Notes: generated by a model not told the origin, from the letters alone. A stretch of DNA of 64,000 nt from Candidatus Microsaccharimonas sp. (GCA_036569465.1 DATCQO010000014.1:9507-73506), one strand, 5' to 3'. Counted from the stretch's first letter, positions 18,299 through 27,972 are shown. Made by a program: numbers and translations.

Positions 18299-19875
18299 CG
18301 CTGACTAGGAATAGTATATTCAGCGCCCTTATAAACAGTCTTACCGTCGATACGACTGGTGACTGATGATGTATCAATTTGTTTCCACGAACTTTCAGGT
18401 GGCGTCACATTTCCTTCAAAGTAGCCAATATACCAAACGGTTGGATGTGCGTTTGTGAAGGCATCGAGGTCTTTGATCTTGTGATCGTCACTATATTTCA
18501 GCATGTCAAGTGATCCAAACTCGTAGTTTGTTTGCGCATCAACAAAGTAAATTGGGTGCTCGGTGCTATTATAGAAAATTGCCTCATAAAATACCCAAGG
18601 ACTTGCCACGATAATTGGTTCACCTGGTGTTGAATGCGCGATGGCTTGTTCAATTAATTGTTTCGTTTTGATATCAGTCCGAGAGTTTTTGTTGTAATTA
18701 CCGTAGTAATACATCTGCGACAAACCGAAAACTAACATTGCCACGATGATCGCGTAAATAATAAGTTGTTTCCAGATTTTTGTCTTGCTGAGTCCATACA
18801 CAAGCGTCACGCCGACAAAGAACGCCGAAGCTGCTGCCGAAGGAAGAACGTAACGCTCCACAAACGAAGATGTCAGTGGAGGAAGTGAAATGATGAACAA
18901 TAAGATCGGCGGAACGGCAGCAAGACAGAATAACAGAAGATAATTTCGTTTGAAGCTTTCACTCCCTGATTGATATGTTCGAACAGCAAGAATGGTGAGT
19001 AATACGCCAATAAGTGCGAGTGAAGCAGATAGCCATCCAGTGACATGATCGTGCTCGAGGAAGAACACAAGCGTTCCAAAGTATCCCGTGACCGTATCAA
19101 CGCCAACTGGCTGAATCCAGAATCCACCAGACTGAACAACAACAAGTTGAATCGCCATCGCCGGTAACCACGGCAAGAATAAGGCGACAGCAACAATATA
19201 TGCAGTTAACCAATTCCTATCAAAGAATTTTTTACGGAGTTCTTTGCGACGAACACCCGTTTTACGAATCGTTACGTAGCGCCAAACCCAATGAGATAAC
19301 CACGCGAGTGCAGTGAAGTAATGCGTCCACATACCTAGCGAAACGAGGATTCCATAGACGATCCACAATCTTCGGCTGTGGATCTTTCGTTCAAGTGCTC
19401 GTGTTAATACATACGTTGCCGACAATACGATTGCCGCAGCCATTGTATACATACGAGCTTCTTGGCTATAGCGAATAAATAGTGGTGACAATGCCAATAT
19501 GAAAATACCGACGATTGCCGCGCGACGTCCAAAGTGACGACGAGTTAACAAGTAGCCAAAGATCGCAGCAACAATACCAAAGAAAACACTCATTGAACGA
19601 AGGCCAAACTCAGTGTTTCCGAATATCATTGTCCAAACTTTCAAGAACCAATAGAACATTGGTGGGTGCACATCGGTTGCCGTGTAGCGCGCAATATCAA
19701 GGAAGTTAAAGTGAATCAGGTAGGCACCGAACGCTTCATCGAACCAGATAGATGGACCGGATATATTCCATAATGCTAGCCCAGCCAGTAGCGCCAGCGC
19801 CATACCCACAAAGATGTAATCCGTTCGTGGACGGGACTGAAAGAAGTGGAAAATACGTGTCAGTGTTTTTTTCAT
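18295..19875 (-). CDS. GT-C fold glycosyltransferase (ArnT/PMT-like, family 39/83)
   Basis: 526 aa, multi-TM. The first-loop motifs WFDEAFGAY and DVHPPMFYWFLKVW are typical of ArnT/PMT_2 enzymes. There is a soluble C-terminal domain. Confidence 0.7.
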   Translation of the reverse strand: MKKTLTRIFHFFQSRPRTDYIFVGMALALLAGLALWNISGPSIWFDEAFGAYLIHFNFLDIARYTATDVHPPMFYWFLKVWTMIFGNTEFGLRSMSVFFGIVAAIFGYLLTRRHFGRRAAIVGIFILALSPLFIRYSQEARMYTMAAAIVLSATYVLTRALERKIHSRRLWIVYGILVSLGMWTHYFTALAWLSHWVWRYVTIRKTGVRRKELRKKFFDRNWLTAYIVAVALFLPWLPAMAIQLVVVQSGGFWIQPVGVDTVTGYFGTLVFFLEHDHVTGWLSASLALIGVLLTILAVRTYQSGSESFKRNYLLLFCLAAVPPILLFIISLPPLTSSFVERYVLPSAAASAFFVGVTLVYGLSKTKIWKQLIIYAIIVAMLVFGLSQMYYYGNYNKNSRTDIKTKQLIEQAIAHSTPGEPIIVASPWVFYEAIFYNSTEHPIYFVDAQTNYEFGSLDMLKYSDDHKIKDLDAFTNAHPTVWYIGYFEGNVTPPESSWKQIDTSSVTSRIDGKTVYKGAEYTIPSQR

Positions 19876-19990
19876 GAAATGATTCCCTTACATAATACCG
19901 GAGCGTTGAGGTTGAAGCAACAACACTACCCCTAGCGTAGGACTAGAAATCATCTTCAAAATAGCGTATAATCACCCGAGTAAACACCAT

Positions 19991-20066
19991 CGGGGTGTGG
20001 CGCAGTTGATAGCGCGCTCGGTTTGGGACCGAGAGGTCGAAGGTTTGAGTCCTTTCACCCCGACCA
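19991..20066 (+). tRNA. tRNA-Pro (anticodon UGG), CCA encoded
   Basis: Hand-folded cloverleaf: acceptor CGGGGTG/CACCCCG, D stem GCGC/GCGC, anticodon stem CTCGG/CCGAG with loop TTTGGGA, T stem GAAGG/CCTTT, discriminator A, CCA. The T loop is TTTGAGT (no C56) and the D loop is AGTTGATA (G18 A19). Confidence 0.9.
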
Positions 20067-20103
20067 AATAAAATTAGCCACTTTTGTGGCTAATTTTATT
20101 TGG
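20064..20103 (+). terminator. Perfect 18-bp hairpin overlapping the tRNA-Pro 3' end
   Basis: CCAAATAAAATTAGCCAC-TTTT-GTGGCTAATTTTATTTGG. A near-identical copy is at 27935-27972. Confidence 0.7.
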
Positions 20104-20114
20104 CTGAGTTAAGC

Positions 20115-20162
20115 CTCAAACCTTCGACTTTTTCTGGAAAAGAAAAATAGTCGAAGGTTTGG
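20115..20162. repeat. Inverted repeat built from tRNA-Pro-derived sequence
   Basis: CTCAAACCTTCGAC (20115-20128) is the exact reverse complement of tRNA-Pro positions 20036-20049 (GTCGAAGGTTTGAG). GTCGAAGGTTTGG (20150-20162) is a direct copy. Together they form a 13-bp stem with a 19-nt loop. Confidence 0.8.
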
Positions 20163-20253
20163 CAGAGCGCAGAGAAGTAAAAATGTAGTCCTATATTTTT
20201 ACGAACAAGCGGCGGAGCAGCTTGCTGCGATGTCCTATACTTTCTTACTTAAG

Positions 20254-20673
20254 TTATTTAAGATCAATTACTGAATGCGGGTTGCCAAAAGTAGGTGAGC
20301 CTAATTCTAGTCTCTTTGTAATGCCTTTAAATGCGTAAGGTAGAACAAATAATAATCCACCGCCATTCACATGACTAAACTCGATAGTAATAAAATCACT
20401 ATTTTCGGAACTATTAAAAGTCATATATGCAATCGCTACAGCCTTGAGTTGCTTAGCACGACGAATTTGTATCTTTAAACTATCTATCACTTCTTGATTT
20501 GTAGGATGTTCATCATCAATCCCACTATCCAGTTTAAGCAGTTCACCATCAGTTTCCATGAGATACGCAAATGGAAAGAATTCTTTGTTCTTTTGAAGCA
20601 AGAATTCTATAAAAGGTATTGCGTTATTCAATAGTATTTCAAAGTCAGCTTTTGCTTGTGGACTGTTCTTCAT
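20254..20673 (-). CDS. Candidate cognate immunity protein of the RHS toxin
   Basis: 139-aa cytoplasmic ORF starting 15 nt after the RHS stop on the same strand. No signal peptide. The call is positional (toxin-immunity gene order) and no family was recognised. Confidence 0.5.
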   Translation of the reverse strand: MKNSPQAKADFEILLNNAIPFIEFLLQKNKEFFPFAYLMETDGELLKLDSGIDDEHPTNQEVIDSLKIQIRRAKQLKAVAIAYMTFNSSENSDFITIEFSHVNGGGLLFVLPYAFKGITKRLELGSPTFGNPHSVIDLK

Positions 20674-20688
20674 ATTTTTTATTATAGA

Positions 20689-23600
20689 CTACATCTGTAC
20701 TTCTACTACTCTAATAAGGCCCTTTTCAACCTCTTTTTGTAACGGACTGCTTAATTTTGCGCCCTGACGAATATACAATACAAATTGCTGTCCAGTTGTC
20801 TGTGTGTAAAGGTTAAAGTCAAGTAACTGACGGGTGTAAGGTTGGTATGCTACGTTCTTTACTTCTGCAATTGTATTCAAAGTCATACCATCCGGAATTC
20901 GATAGCTTGCCGTATTAGTGAGTGAAGGAATTCTAACCGTATTTTGAATAACATTGGCGGCTTTCATTCCTTGATAGCCTTTTTGAGCAGCAATTGCTGT
21001 CTGTGAAGTGGTTTCTGCTGCTCTCTCAACTTTCGAGGCTGTAGAAGCAACCTTTATAGCCGTTACTAAACCTGATATAGCCTGGCTAGCTTTTTGAGCA
21101 AACTGAGCAACAGCTGTAGCACCAGAAACAATCGCAGGTCCTGCCAATTTTACAAAACTAACTATCGCAGCTAACGCACTTACGATCGCCGGTATAACAT
21201 CTTGCCAAATAGCATCCCCATTATAATCCTGGCTATTGATTGGGTCAGGCGTATAAATGTAGTTGTTAGGCGTCCCACCTTCTATTGGGTCTACGTTTAG
21301 AAATCGTCCAAGCCCAGGTATATATACCCTGCTTCCCATTTGTATAGGTTTGAGTGTGAATATGTTTTCATCACTTCGCTTTTGCTCACCTGCCCAACCT
21401 GCGGATTGTCCCCCCTGTTGATTGGATGCTGGCGTTAAACCTGCGAAAACCATGGATGGATTTGCAGCTATAAATGGGCTTGCAGCTGAAATCTGTGTAC
21501 CAAAAGGTTCGTATAGTAGCACGCCACTATCATTAACTCCATTACCATCAGTCGTTACTAATACATCTCCGTGTATATTAGTGAGTGAACCCTTAGATTT
21601 ATTTGCAACCGTTGTCTCTAATGGCCTGAGCGTCATGTTCACTCCTCCTGGAAGAGTAATGTATTTTTCTACAACTTGCTTGGTTGTAGGGTTAGTGTAC
21701 ATGAACGAATAATCAGCACCGCCAGTATTTCCGTAGTAGTAAGATGTTGTCGTTCCACCAGAAGTAACGGTCCTCTTTGTTACTCGATTCTCAGTATCCC
21801 TATCATAAGTAACTTTTGAGGTAGATCCCTGTTGGATTTCAATATTACGATCTCCTTGATCATACTTAAATGTAGTAACATTCGTCCCCGTACCAAGAGT
21901 TAATGTGTTGCCATGAGAATCATAAGTTGCTGCATCAACATTTGCATCACTGCTGGCAATTAGTCGGTCAGCTTGGTCATAACAATACCACGAAGTAACT
22001 CCATCAACGGTGTAGGCCATCCTGTTAGAGTTCTTACCTGCAGTAGATAAGTCTCCTGTCTTCGTTGAACATGCACTATTTTGTGTACCAAAGCTATACC
22101 CATAACTATGACCAGCAATATTTGCTTGGGTCAATCTTCCAGCTTTATCATAAGTGAATCCTTGTACTCCTGGCGATAGATCAACGCCATTGACCGAATC
22201 ATCGAGCACTGTTCCAGATTGAGACAGAGTAACTTGATCGCTAACCTGAGAGTTATTTGGTAATGTATAATTTACACCTGTTAACCTTTGAAGCGAATCT
22301 CTAGTAGGAGCATTTAACTTCAAGGTTTGGTTTGTCGTAGGATCTTTAATAGATGGGTATTCTACTTGATTCGCCCTACCAAATGAATCGTACGTTACAT
22401 TTGCTAATCTCACCCCATCCAAGTCGTAGTGAGTTAACCTTCCGTAGTTATCGTAAGTATATGTTTCTGTGCCTAATTGACCAGTTCGTTGAGTAACTTT
22501 ATCAAAGTTATCATATGTTAAGTCAGTTACATTTCCAGAAACATCCGTATATTGTACTGTGCGTCCTAAGAGGTCGAGAACATTAGTTGTAGTCCCACTA
22601 TTGTCAGTAGCCGTACTCGATAATGGATTCCCGCCATTTGCATAATCATATGTAACCGTTCTTCCCGTTCTTGAGCCAACTGTTGGGATATCAATTTCTG
22701 CAATCCTTCCGTGATCATCATATGATACACACGTCCATGCATCTGATCCAATTCGGTTTGCCACCGTTCTTCCCGAATCATCGTATATTGTTTGGGTAGT
22801 TCTAGCGACTGCTGGACTTGAACCATCAGGGTCTGGATCTGTTCGTCCCTTAAGTAGACCAGCTTGCTTAAATGCTTCAGTTACGCCCGTTGTGCATGGA
22901 TTGTCACTAGTGTCGGTTGCGCCCCAGTATTGATAGGTCGTAGTATTACCTGCTGGCAATGTCTTAGATATTTCCCTAAAATATCCCGTACCAACTGACT
23001 CAGACGTTTTTGTAACCTGTAGATTTAATCCACTTGGATCGACAGTTCCAGTTTTTCCAATTCCATAAGCCGGATCAGCATAGCTCGTTGTTGAGGTTGT
23101 GTTACCACTTTGATTATCAGAAAGCGTAGTGCTGGTTATATAGCCATAGCCTGGTTTTAGGTAATTCGTCCAATCATTTGTCCAAGTAAAACCACCGACT
23201 TGCTGAAGATAAACATTTAATGTTGCATCATTCGTTGCCGTACCGTCAACATTATAATATTCAATTTTAAGCCTGTGGACCTTACCTGTATCATGGGTGA
23301 AAGATCCTTGCGAGTCTCTGTAGTTTCCGTTCGACCAATCATCAACCACTAGCTTGTCATCAATCCAAATTTTGACTCCATCATCATGACTTGCCTTAAT
23401 TTGATATGTTCCCGAAGACGGTAGTCTAATCTCACCTGTGATTGAAACACCCCAACCTTCTCTACCTGAATCGACAGTAACTGGACTACTAGTCCATGTT
23501 TTTGATAGAATGCCTGGTGATGTATTGATTCCGTTCGTATGCAATTTTGGTGCTCCAAACAATTTGCCGGACGGAGTTATGTTACCTTCGTAATTATAGT

Positions 23601-26600
23601 AAGCCACATCAGGACCAACTATACCCTCGTCGTAAGCAGATTGTATCGTTGGTACACTGGAAGCATAAGTAGATAAAGGTAGTCGAGTCGTGGCATCAAA
23701 CCATGCAGAAGGTGCAGCCCCATAGGACTGTACTAATCTATCTGAGTCATCATAAATATTTGTTGACTTCAGTCCAAGCGCATCAGTAGTTGATAATACT
23801 AAATTTTTGTTTGGATCATACTCTATAGTCGTGCATAAACCTTGTTTATCACAGTCCTTGGTCGTCCTCAGTAGGTTATCGTATTCTATATACCTATTGT
23901 AACCAGCTGGCTCTGTATCACCGACAGTATGTTGCCTTGTAGCATTTGGCAAAAATTCTATATAGTGCATTATCTCGCTACCACCCGAAGTCGGTTTTTG
24001 AGTTTGATAGCCTCTTGATCGTCCCAATGCGTCGTACCATAACCAAGTATAAGAAAACTCATCATCCGGTCTTTGACCTGCATAAACTGCGTCTTCGCTC
24101 AATGAATCCCTAAAACCCGACAGGGTACCATTTGAATCATAAACAAGAATCGTATCGTCATATCCAGGTTTGCTAACTGTGGTCATTTTTGCATCTGAGT
24201 ACATAAACTGTGTATACTGTCCATCAGTTGTTTCAAATCCACACAACATTCCTGTTGGTGCTTGGTCTAGTCCGTCATATGGGTCACGACAGCCAGTGTC
24301 TCCGCCATAATACAATGTTCCAAATCTTGTTGTATTTACTTGATCGATAATTTTCTTAAGTTTTGGAACACCGTTTACTGTCGTATATTCATATTGAAGG
24401 CTGGCGGGATTTTTATCATCAATTGGAGATGATGCAAGTTGCAGCAAACCGTCGATACTAAAAACATACACACTACCATTAGCAGCAGTTAGCGTATGCG
24501 TGCCATCGGTATTCTTTGTGAGAATGCCGTTCTCACCTGAAGGTGATGTATATCCAGTACCGGTATTTTGAAACAACCTTTTAATGCCATCTCCGTCTGA
24601 CACGATTGCGTCTCCATTTTGTTGAATACTCAGTTTTTCATAGGAAATTTTCTGATCGATATCGCCAGAGAGCTGCCAACCAATCGGTAGCTCATTCGAA
24701 GTATGTGTCAAATACTGACTATCTATTTCTCCAATACCAGTAGGTCCGTCCAGTAATAGTTTTACTTTTGCATCTCCTGTTGTTTCGTAATACTCCATCG
24801 AAATCGGTACTGTTTGTCCTGCAGATAAACTTAACCCAGTCGAATCATATAACTCCGTGTAAGCATGCGTAGACCAAAGATTCGCTCTTTCAGTACCGTC
24901 TACTGTAACTCGCGAACCATCGTCGCTACCAACTCCAAACTTATAGGTTCCAGCCACAGGTGCCGTGAAATAACCTTTCCATTGGACAATGAAGTTATCG
25001 GATGGCGCTCCTGGTACTGCTGATCCAGCACCCCATGTAAAGTTAACTGTCGGGTCATTCCTGGACAAAAATTCAGTATTAGGATCTTCTGTATGCGTTC
25101 CGCTGTCATAATAATAATGTCCGGCAAGTCCACTTACGTCTTCAGTTGGAACTGCATTGGTTTTCAACCATTCACCTGGAACTGTTTGTTCAGGTACTGC
25201 TCCTTTAACTTTCAATTTTGCATTAGCATTACCACTGTATTCTGAAAACCAGACGTAAATTTCGGCTGGTTCACCCGCCTCCAAATGAACTGAGGTACTT
25301 GACCAGTGAAGACCAGATGTATTGTTTGAAAACATCGTGTTTCCATTCACGGTCATACTCATATAATCATCCCCATCAGACCCGAAAGTGTAGTCTCCTG
25401 CTACAGGCGCAACGAAGTATCCATTCCATCTTACAGAAAAGTAATCCGGAGGAATGACGCCTGTCACAGGTGATCCTAAATCCCAGTCATTGTTAATTGA
25501 TGGCTCTATTCGTCTGTAGCTAGGCGATCCATTGTAATCTGCATTCGTCCAATATTCAGCCTGCAAACCACTCTTTGTAAGATATGGTGAGTTATAGTTC
25601 AACGTCAAACCTATATCACCGCCTAGCGCTGTCATTGAATGCGTTTTAACGGAACTATATAATTTTCCACTATTTAAACTCGTGCTTATCGGACCGTAAT
25701 TATCATATGTCTGCGTATCGTTCTTATCAGTAAGTAGGTCTACTTTAAAGGATCCTCCAGTCAAAAAATCAGATATCCAGTAATAACCCGTCCCTGCATA
25801 ATCACCGTATCTATACTGCCAAATATAATGACCCCCGTCTTGAAGAATACCGTCAGGAATAATCGCTTGACGACTTGCACTCATCCCTGACGACCAAATG
25901 ACGTTTCCGTTTGTATTTTTGACCGCAAATTCGTAGTGAACTGGGTCGCTGTTTCCGTCAGTCGATTGTGTGACTTTTAGTTGTGGGTCTGTCGATGTGA
26001 CTGTTGTTTCTATTGCACTATTAGTCGATGGCAACTGAGGCGCTGGTAGAGATGGATATTGATTTGTATAGAGATAAAGCTGTATTGAGCCAGGGTTAAA
26101 TTCTTTAAAGCTTGAATTATTCCATTCTTCTCCCCAAATAATTAGCGATCCTCCAGTACTTACATTTGCAATCATCCACTGCATTAGAGAAGTGACATCA
26201 ATTGTACCGTCTGCACCTACTGATGCAGAGGCTTGAGGACCAGTCCCTATACAGTTAAATCCATTACAATTTGCCCAAGACACATACACAGTACGATTAT
26301 CGTATGTTCCATGCCAGCCAGGCGTTGTCATCATTGGAACATATAAATCGGCAGCTAAAATTTGTCTTCCAACAACCTGATCATAAGGAATTCTAAAAAC
26401 CGTCCTCCAAAACTTATTTCCTGAATTAACTAATCCACCCGCATTGACATTACAATACGTAGAACTACACGCATATCCGTCACTTTTATACGCAGTAAAA
26501 AGGCCAGTCATTCCACCCGGAATACTGTCAGTATCGACAATAGGTGGATCTATAACAATTGGATAAGCATCCTTTGTTTGACTATTTAACCAAGCTTGAT

Positions 26601-27657
26601 CCAACTCAATAACAACTTGAGTGCCGTCGTTGATTGCATATTCTTTTACAGGAGGATTCTCGATAAGACCTTTATTATTTACATTGATTGAAAGTGAGCC
26701 GATAGCTAGTTTATCTTTAAATGCTCCGTCCAATAAAAGTCCTCCGGAACCATCAGGGTTAGAGCTTGCTTTTGCACCACTTAGATCAAACACGAACTTT
26801 GAACTCTTAGGCAGAGAGTTGATGACAATATTTTCTTTTACAGACGTGCCTTTATACTCATAAACTAAATCGACATTCTCCCACACATTTTTATACTGAA
26901 TAAGATCCTGGTCACGTTGTTGTATTCTATCAGGTTTAACATTCTGGCTCGTTACAGGTGACATAGAGAGTTGGTTACTGCCATACTCCATACGGATACC
27001 GCCGGCTCCAATAGTCTCAAAATAAGTCTTGATAGAGCCAGACTCTGCCCTAAACCCAAAAGGGGTCGATGATTTGACATCAGGAATCTTCAATTGATTA
27101 AGTTGGGCTTTATTTTTTGCTGCATAATCGGTATCAGAACTTACGCGATTACTAATTGGCTGTAAATTTCCATTTGTATCCTGGTAGTTCTTTTCACTTG
27201 CTGAAACTTCAGTAAGATTTACTCCACTGGTCGTCTTGAAAGTACTAGAATTAGCTGTTCTTAAATTCACGTCTTCACTTTTCTTCTGACCTAGATCGGG
27301 ACTTTTTTCAATAACTGGTTCTTTTGCTTGAGTTGCTTTTCCGGCATCGGATACCGGAGCTATGGTCTTATCCTTAACTCCGTCAGCAAGTTTGAACTGG
27401 TCGCTTTTGACAATTGGCTTTCTATCTTGAGTTCTTTTCAGATTCGTAAGCGCTTGTGCTGCTATATCTTTATCTATTTGGCTCATGTTTGAATACTGGT
27501 ATAAAGAAATGTATCGACCTGCTACGGGTAAGATTTGTCCAACACTTAATACTGCAATTAAAAACAGCACGAGAACGCGCTGTTTTGTAAATAATTTTGC
27601 AAGGAGACCTAGTTGGTTACGAAACTTTTTCATGAACGAAGAGCGCACAATTCTCAT
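20689..27657 (-). CDS. Giant secreted RHS/YD-repeat polymorphic toxin with three PA14 domains and a PD-(D/E)xK-like C-terminal tip
   Basis: 2322 aa. N-terminal signal/anchor LVLFLIAVLSVGQILPVAG. PA14-like modules at about aa 697-820, 843-970 and 1351-1485 (for example GLQAEYW...FSVRWNGYFVAPVAGDYTFGSDGDD). Many YD repeats (YDDSGR, YDDHGR, YDNYGR, YDSFGR, YDKAGR, YDQADR, YDSHGN, YDQGDR). RHS core end GSRVYIPGLGRFLNVDPIEGGTPNNYIYTPDPINSQDYNGD at aa 2108-2148. This is followed by a 174-aa variable tip. Confidence 0.9.
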   Translation of the reverse strand: MRIVRSSFMKKFRNQLGLLAKLFTKQRVLVLFLIAVLSVGQILPVAGRYISLYQYSNMSQIDKDIAAQALTNLKRTQDRKPIVKSDQFKLADGVKDKTIAPVSDAGKATQAKEPVIEKSPDLGQKKSEDVNLRTANSSTFKTTSGVNLTEVSASEKNYQDTNGNLQPISNRVSSDTDYAAKNKAQLNQLKIPDVKSSTPFGFRAESGSIKTYFETIGAGGIRMEYGSNQLSMSPVTSQNVKPDRIQQRDQDLIQYKNVWENVDLVYEYKGTSVKENIVINSLPKSSKFVFDLSGAKASSNPDGSGGLLLDGAFKDKLAIGSLSINVNNKGLIENPPVKEYAINDGTQVVIELDQAWLNSQTKDAYPIVIDPPIVDTDSIPGGMTGLFTAYKSDGYACSSTYCNVNAGGLVNSGNKFWRTVFRIPYDQVVGRQILAADLYVPMMTTPGWHGTYDNRTVYVSWANCNGFNCIGTGPQASASVGADGTIDVTSLMQWMIANVSTGGSLIIWGEEWNNSSFKEFNPGSIQLYLYTNQYPSLPAPQLPSTNSAIETTVTSTDPQLKVTQSTDGNSDPVHYEFAVKNTNGNVIWSSGMSASRQAIIPDGILQDGGHYIWQYRYGDYAGTGYYWISDFLTGGSFKVDLLTDKNDTQTYDNYGPISTSLNSGKLYSSVKTHSMTALGGDIGLTLNYNSPYLTKSGLQAEYWTNADYNGSPSYRRIEPSINNDWDLGSPVTGVIPPDYFSVRWNGYFVAPVAGDYTFGSDGDDYMSMTVNGNTMFSNNTSGLHWSSTSVHLEAGEPAEIYVWFSEYSGNANAKLKVKGAVPEQTVPGEWLKTNAVPTEDVSGLAGHYYYDSGTHTEDPNTEFLSRNDPTVNFTWGAGSAVPGAPSDNFIVQWKGYFTAPVAGTYKFGVGSDDGSRVTVDGTERANLWSTHAYTELYDSTGLSLSAGQTVPISMEYYETTGDAKVKLLLDGPTGIGEIDSQYLTHTSNELPIGWQLSGDIDQKISYEKLSIQQNGDAIVSDGDGIKRLFQNTGTGYTSPSGENGILTKNTDGTHTLTAANGSVYVFSIDGLLQLASSPIDDKNPASLQYEYTTVNGVPKLKKIIDQVNTTRFGTLYYGGDTGCRDPYDGLDQAPTGMLCGFETTDGQYTQFMYSDAKMTTVSKPGYDDTILVYDSNGTLSGFRDSLSEDAVYAGQRPDDEFSYTWLWYDALGRSRGYQTQKPTSGGSEIMHYIEFLPNATRQHTVGDTEPAGYNRYIEYDNLLRTTKDCDKQGLCTTIEYDPNKNLVLSTTDALGLKSTNIYDDSDRLVQSYGAAPSAWFDATTRLPLSTYASSVPTIQSAYDEGIVGPDVAYYNYEGNITPSGKLFGAPKLHTNGINTSPGILSKTWTSSPVTVDSGREGWGVSITGEIRLPSSGTYQIKASHDDGVKIWIDDKLVVDDWSNGNYRDSQGSFTHDTGKVHRLKIEYYNVDGTATNDATLNVYLQQVGGFTWTNDWTNYLKPGYGYITSTTLSDNQSGNTTSTTSYADPAYGIGKTGTVDPSGLNLQVTKTSESVGTGYFREISKTLPAGNTTTYQYWGATDTSDNPCTTGVTEAFKQAGLLKGRTDPDPDGSSPAVARTTQTIYDDSGRTVANRIGSDAWTCVSYDDHGRIAEIDIPTVGSRTGRTVTYDYANGGNPLSSTATDNSGTTTNVLDLLGRTVQYTDVSGNVTDLTYDNFDKVTQRTGQLGTETYTYDNYGRLTHYDLDGVRLANVTYDSFGRANQVEYPSIKDPTTNQTLKLNAPTRDSLQRLTGVNYTLPNNSQVSDQVTLSQSGTVLDDSVNGVDLSPGVQGFTYDKAGRLTQANIAGHSYGYSFGTQNSACSTKTGDLSTAGKNSNRMAYTVDGVTSWYCYDQADRLIASSDANVDAATYDSHGNTLTLGTGTNVTTFKYDQGDRNIEIQQGSTSKVTYDRDTENRVTKRTVTSGGTTTSYYYGNTGGADYSFMYTNPTTKQVVEKYITLPGGVNMTLRPLETTVANKSKGSLTNIHGDVLVTTDGNGVNDSGVLLYEPFGTQISAASPFIAANPSMVFAGLTPASNQQGGQSAGWAGEQKRSDENIFTLKPIQMGSRVYIPGLGRFLNVDPIEGGTPNNYIYTPDPINSQDYNGDAIWQDVIPAIVSALAAIVSFVKLAGPAIVSGATAVAQFAQKASQAISGLVTAIKVASTASKVERAAETTSQTAIAAQKGYQGMKAANVIQNTVRIPSLTNTASYRIPDGMTLNTIAEVKNVAYQPYTRQLLDFNLYTQTTGQQFVLYIRQGAKLSSPLQKEVEKGLIRVVEVQM

Positions 27658-27906
27658 AACATCCCCCCAAAATTATTGCTACTAAGATAACAATAAGGTA
27701 AATTCATTCGAAAAACAATAACGTTTTAATCTTTTTATCAGAATAATCATTTATGATAGTCACCAACAAAACTTCTAATTTAAATTACACATATTAAAAT
27801 TGAATGTTTCGATTAAGTTCATCTAATTGATGCATATTAGATAAATACAGTTTAAAAATACTCTAAACTTCATCAACTTCTTTTTGATAAATATGAATTG
27901 CACCTA

Positions 27907-27972
27907 AAGTTTGAGATAAATCCTGCCCGCTCGACCAAATAAAAACAGCCACTTTTGTGGCTATTTTTATTT
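27907..27972. repeat. Degenerate copy of the tRNA-Pro 3' end plus hairpin (att-like repeat; also terminator of the TPR gene)
   Basis: AAGTTTGAGATAAATCCTGCCCGCTCGACCAAATAAAAACAGCCACTTTTGTGGCTATTTTTATTT. Compared with 20064-20103 one stem change is compensatory (T to A on the left arm, A to T on the right arm). It lies 7 nt past the stop at 27979. Confidence 0.75.

Larger units (their letters stand above)
20067..27972. mobile_element. Putative tRNA-Pro-associated genomic island (RHS toxin + immunity cargo); no integrase present
   Basis: The island is bounded by imperfect direct repeats of the tRNA-Pro 3' end plus hairpin. 20061-20101 and 27932-27972 are 38/41 identical by hand alignment, and further tRNA T-arm remnants (GTTTGAG...TCCT) lie at 27909-27924. 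The interior is more AT-rich than the core genes. Confidence 0.5.
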
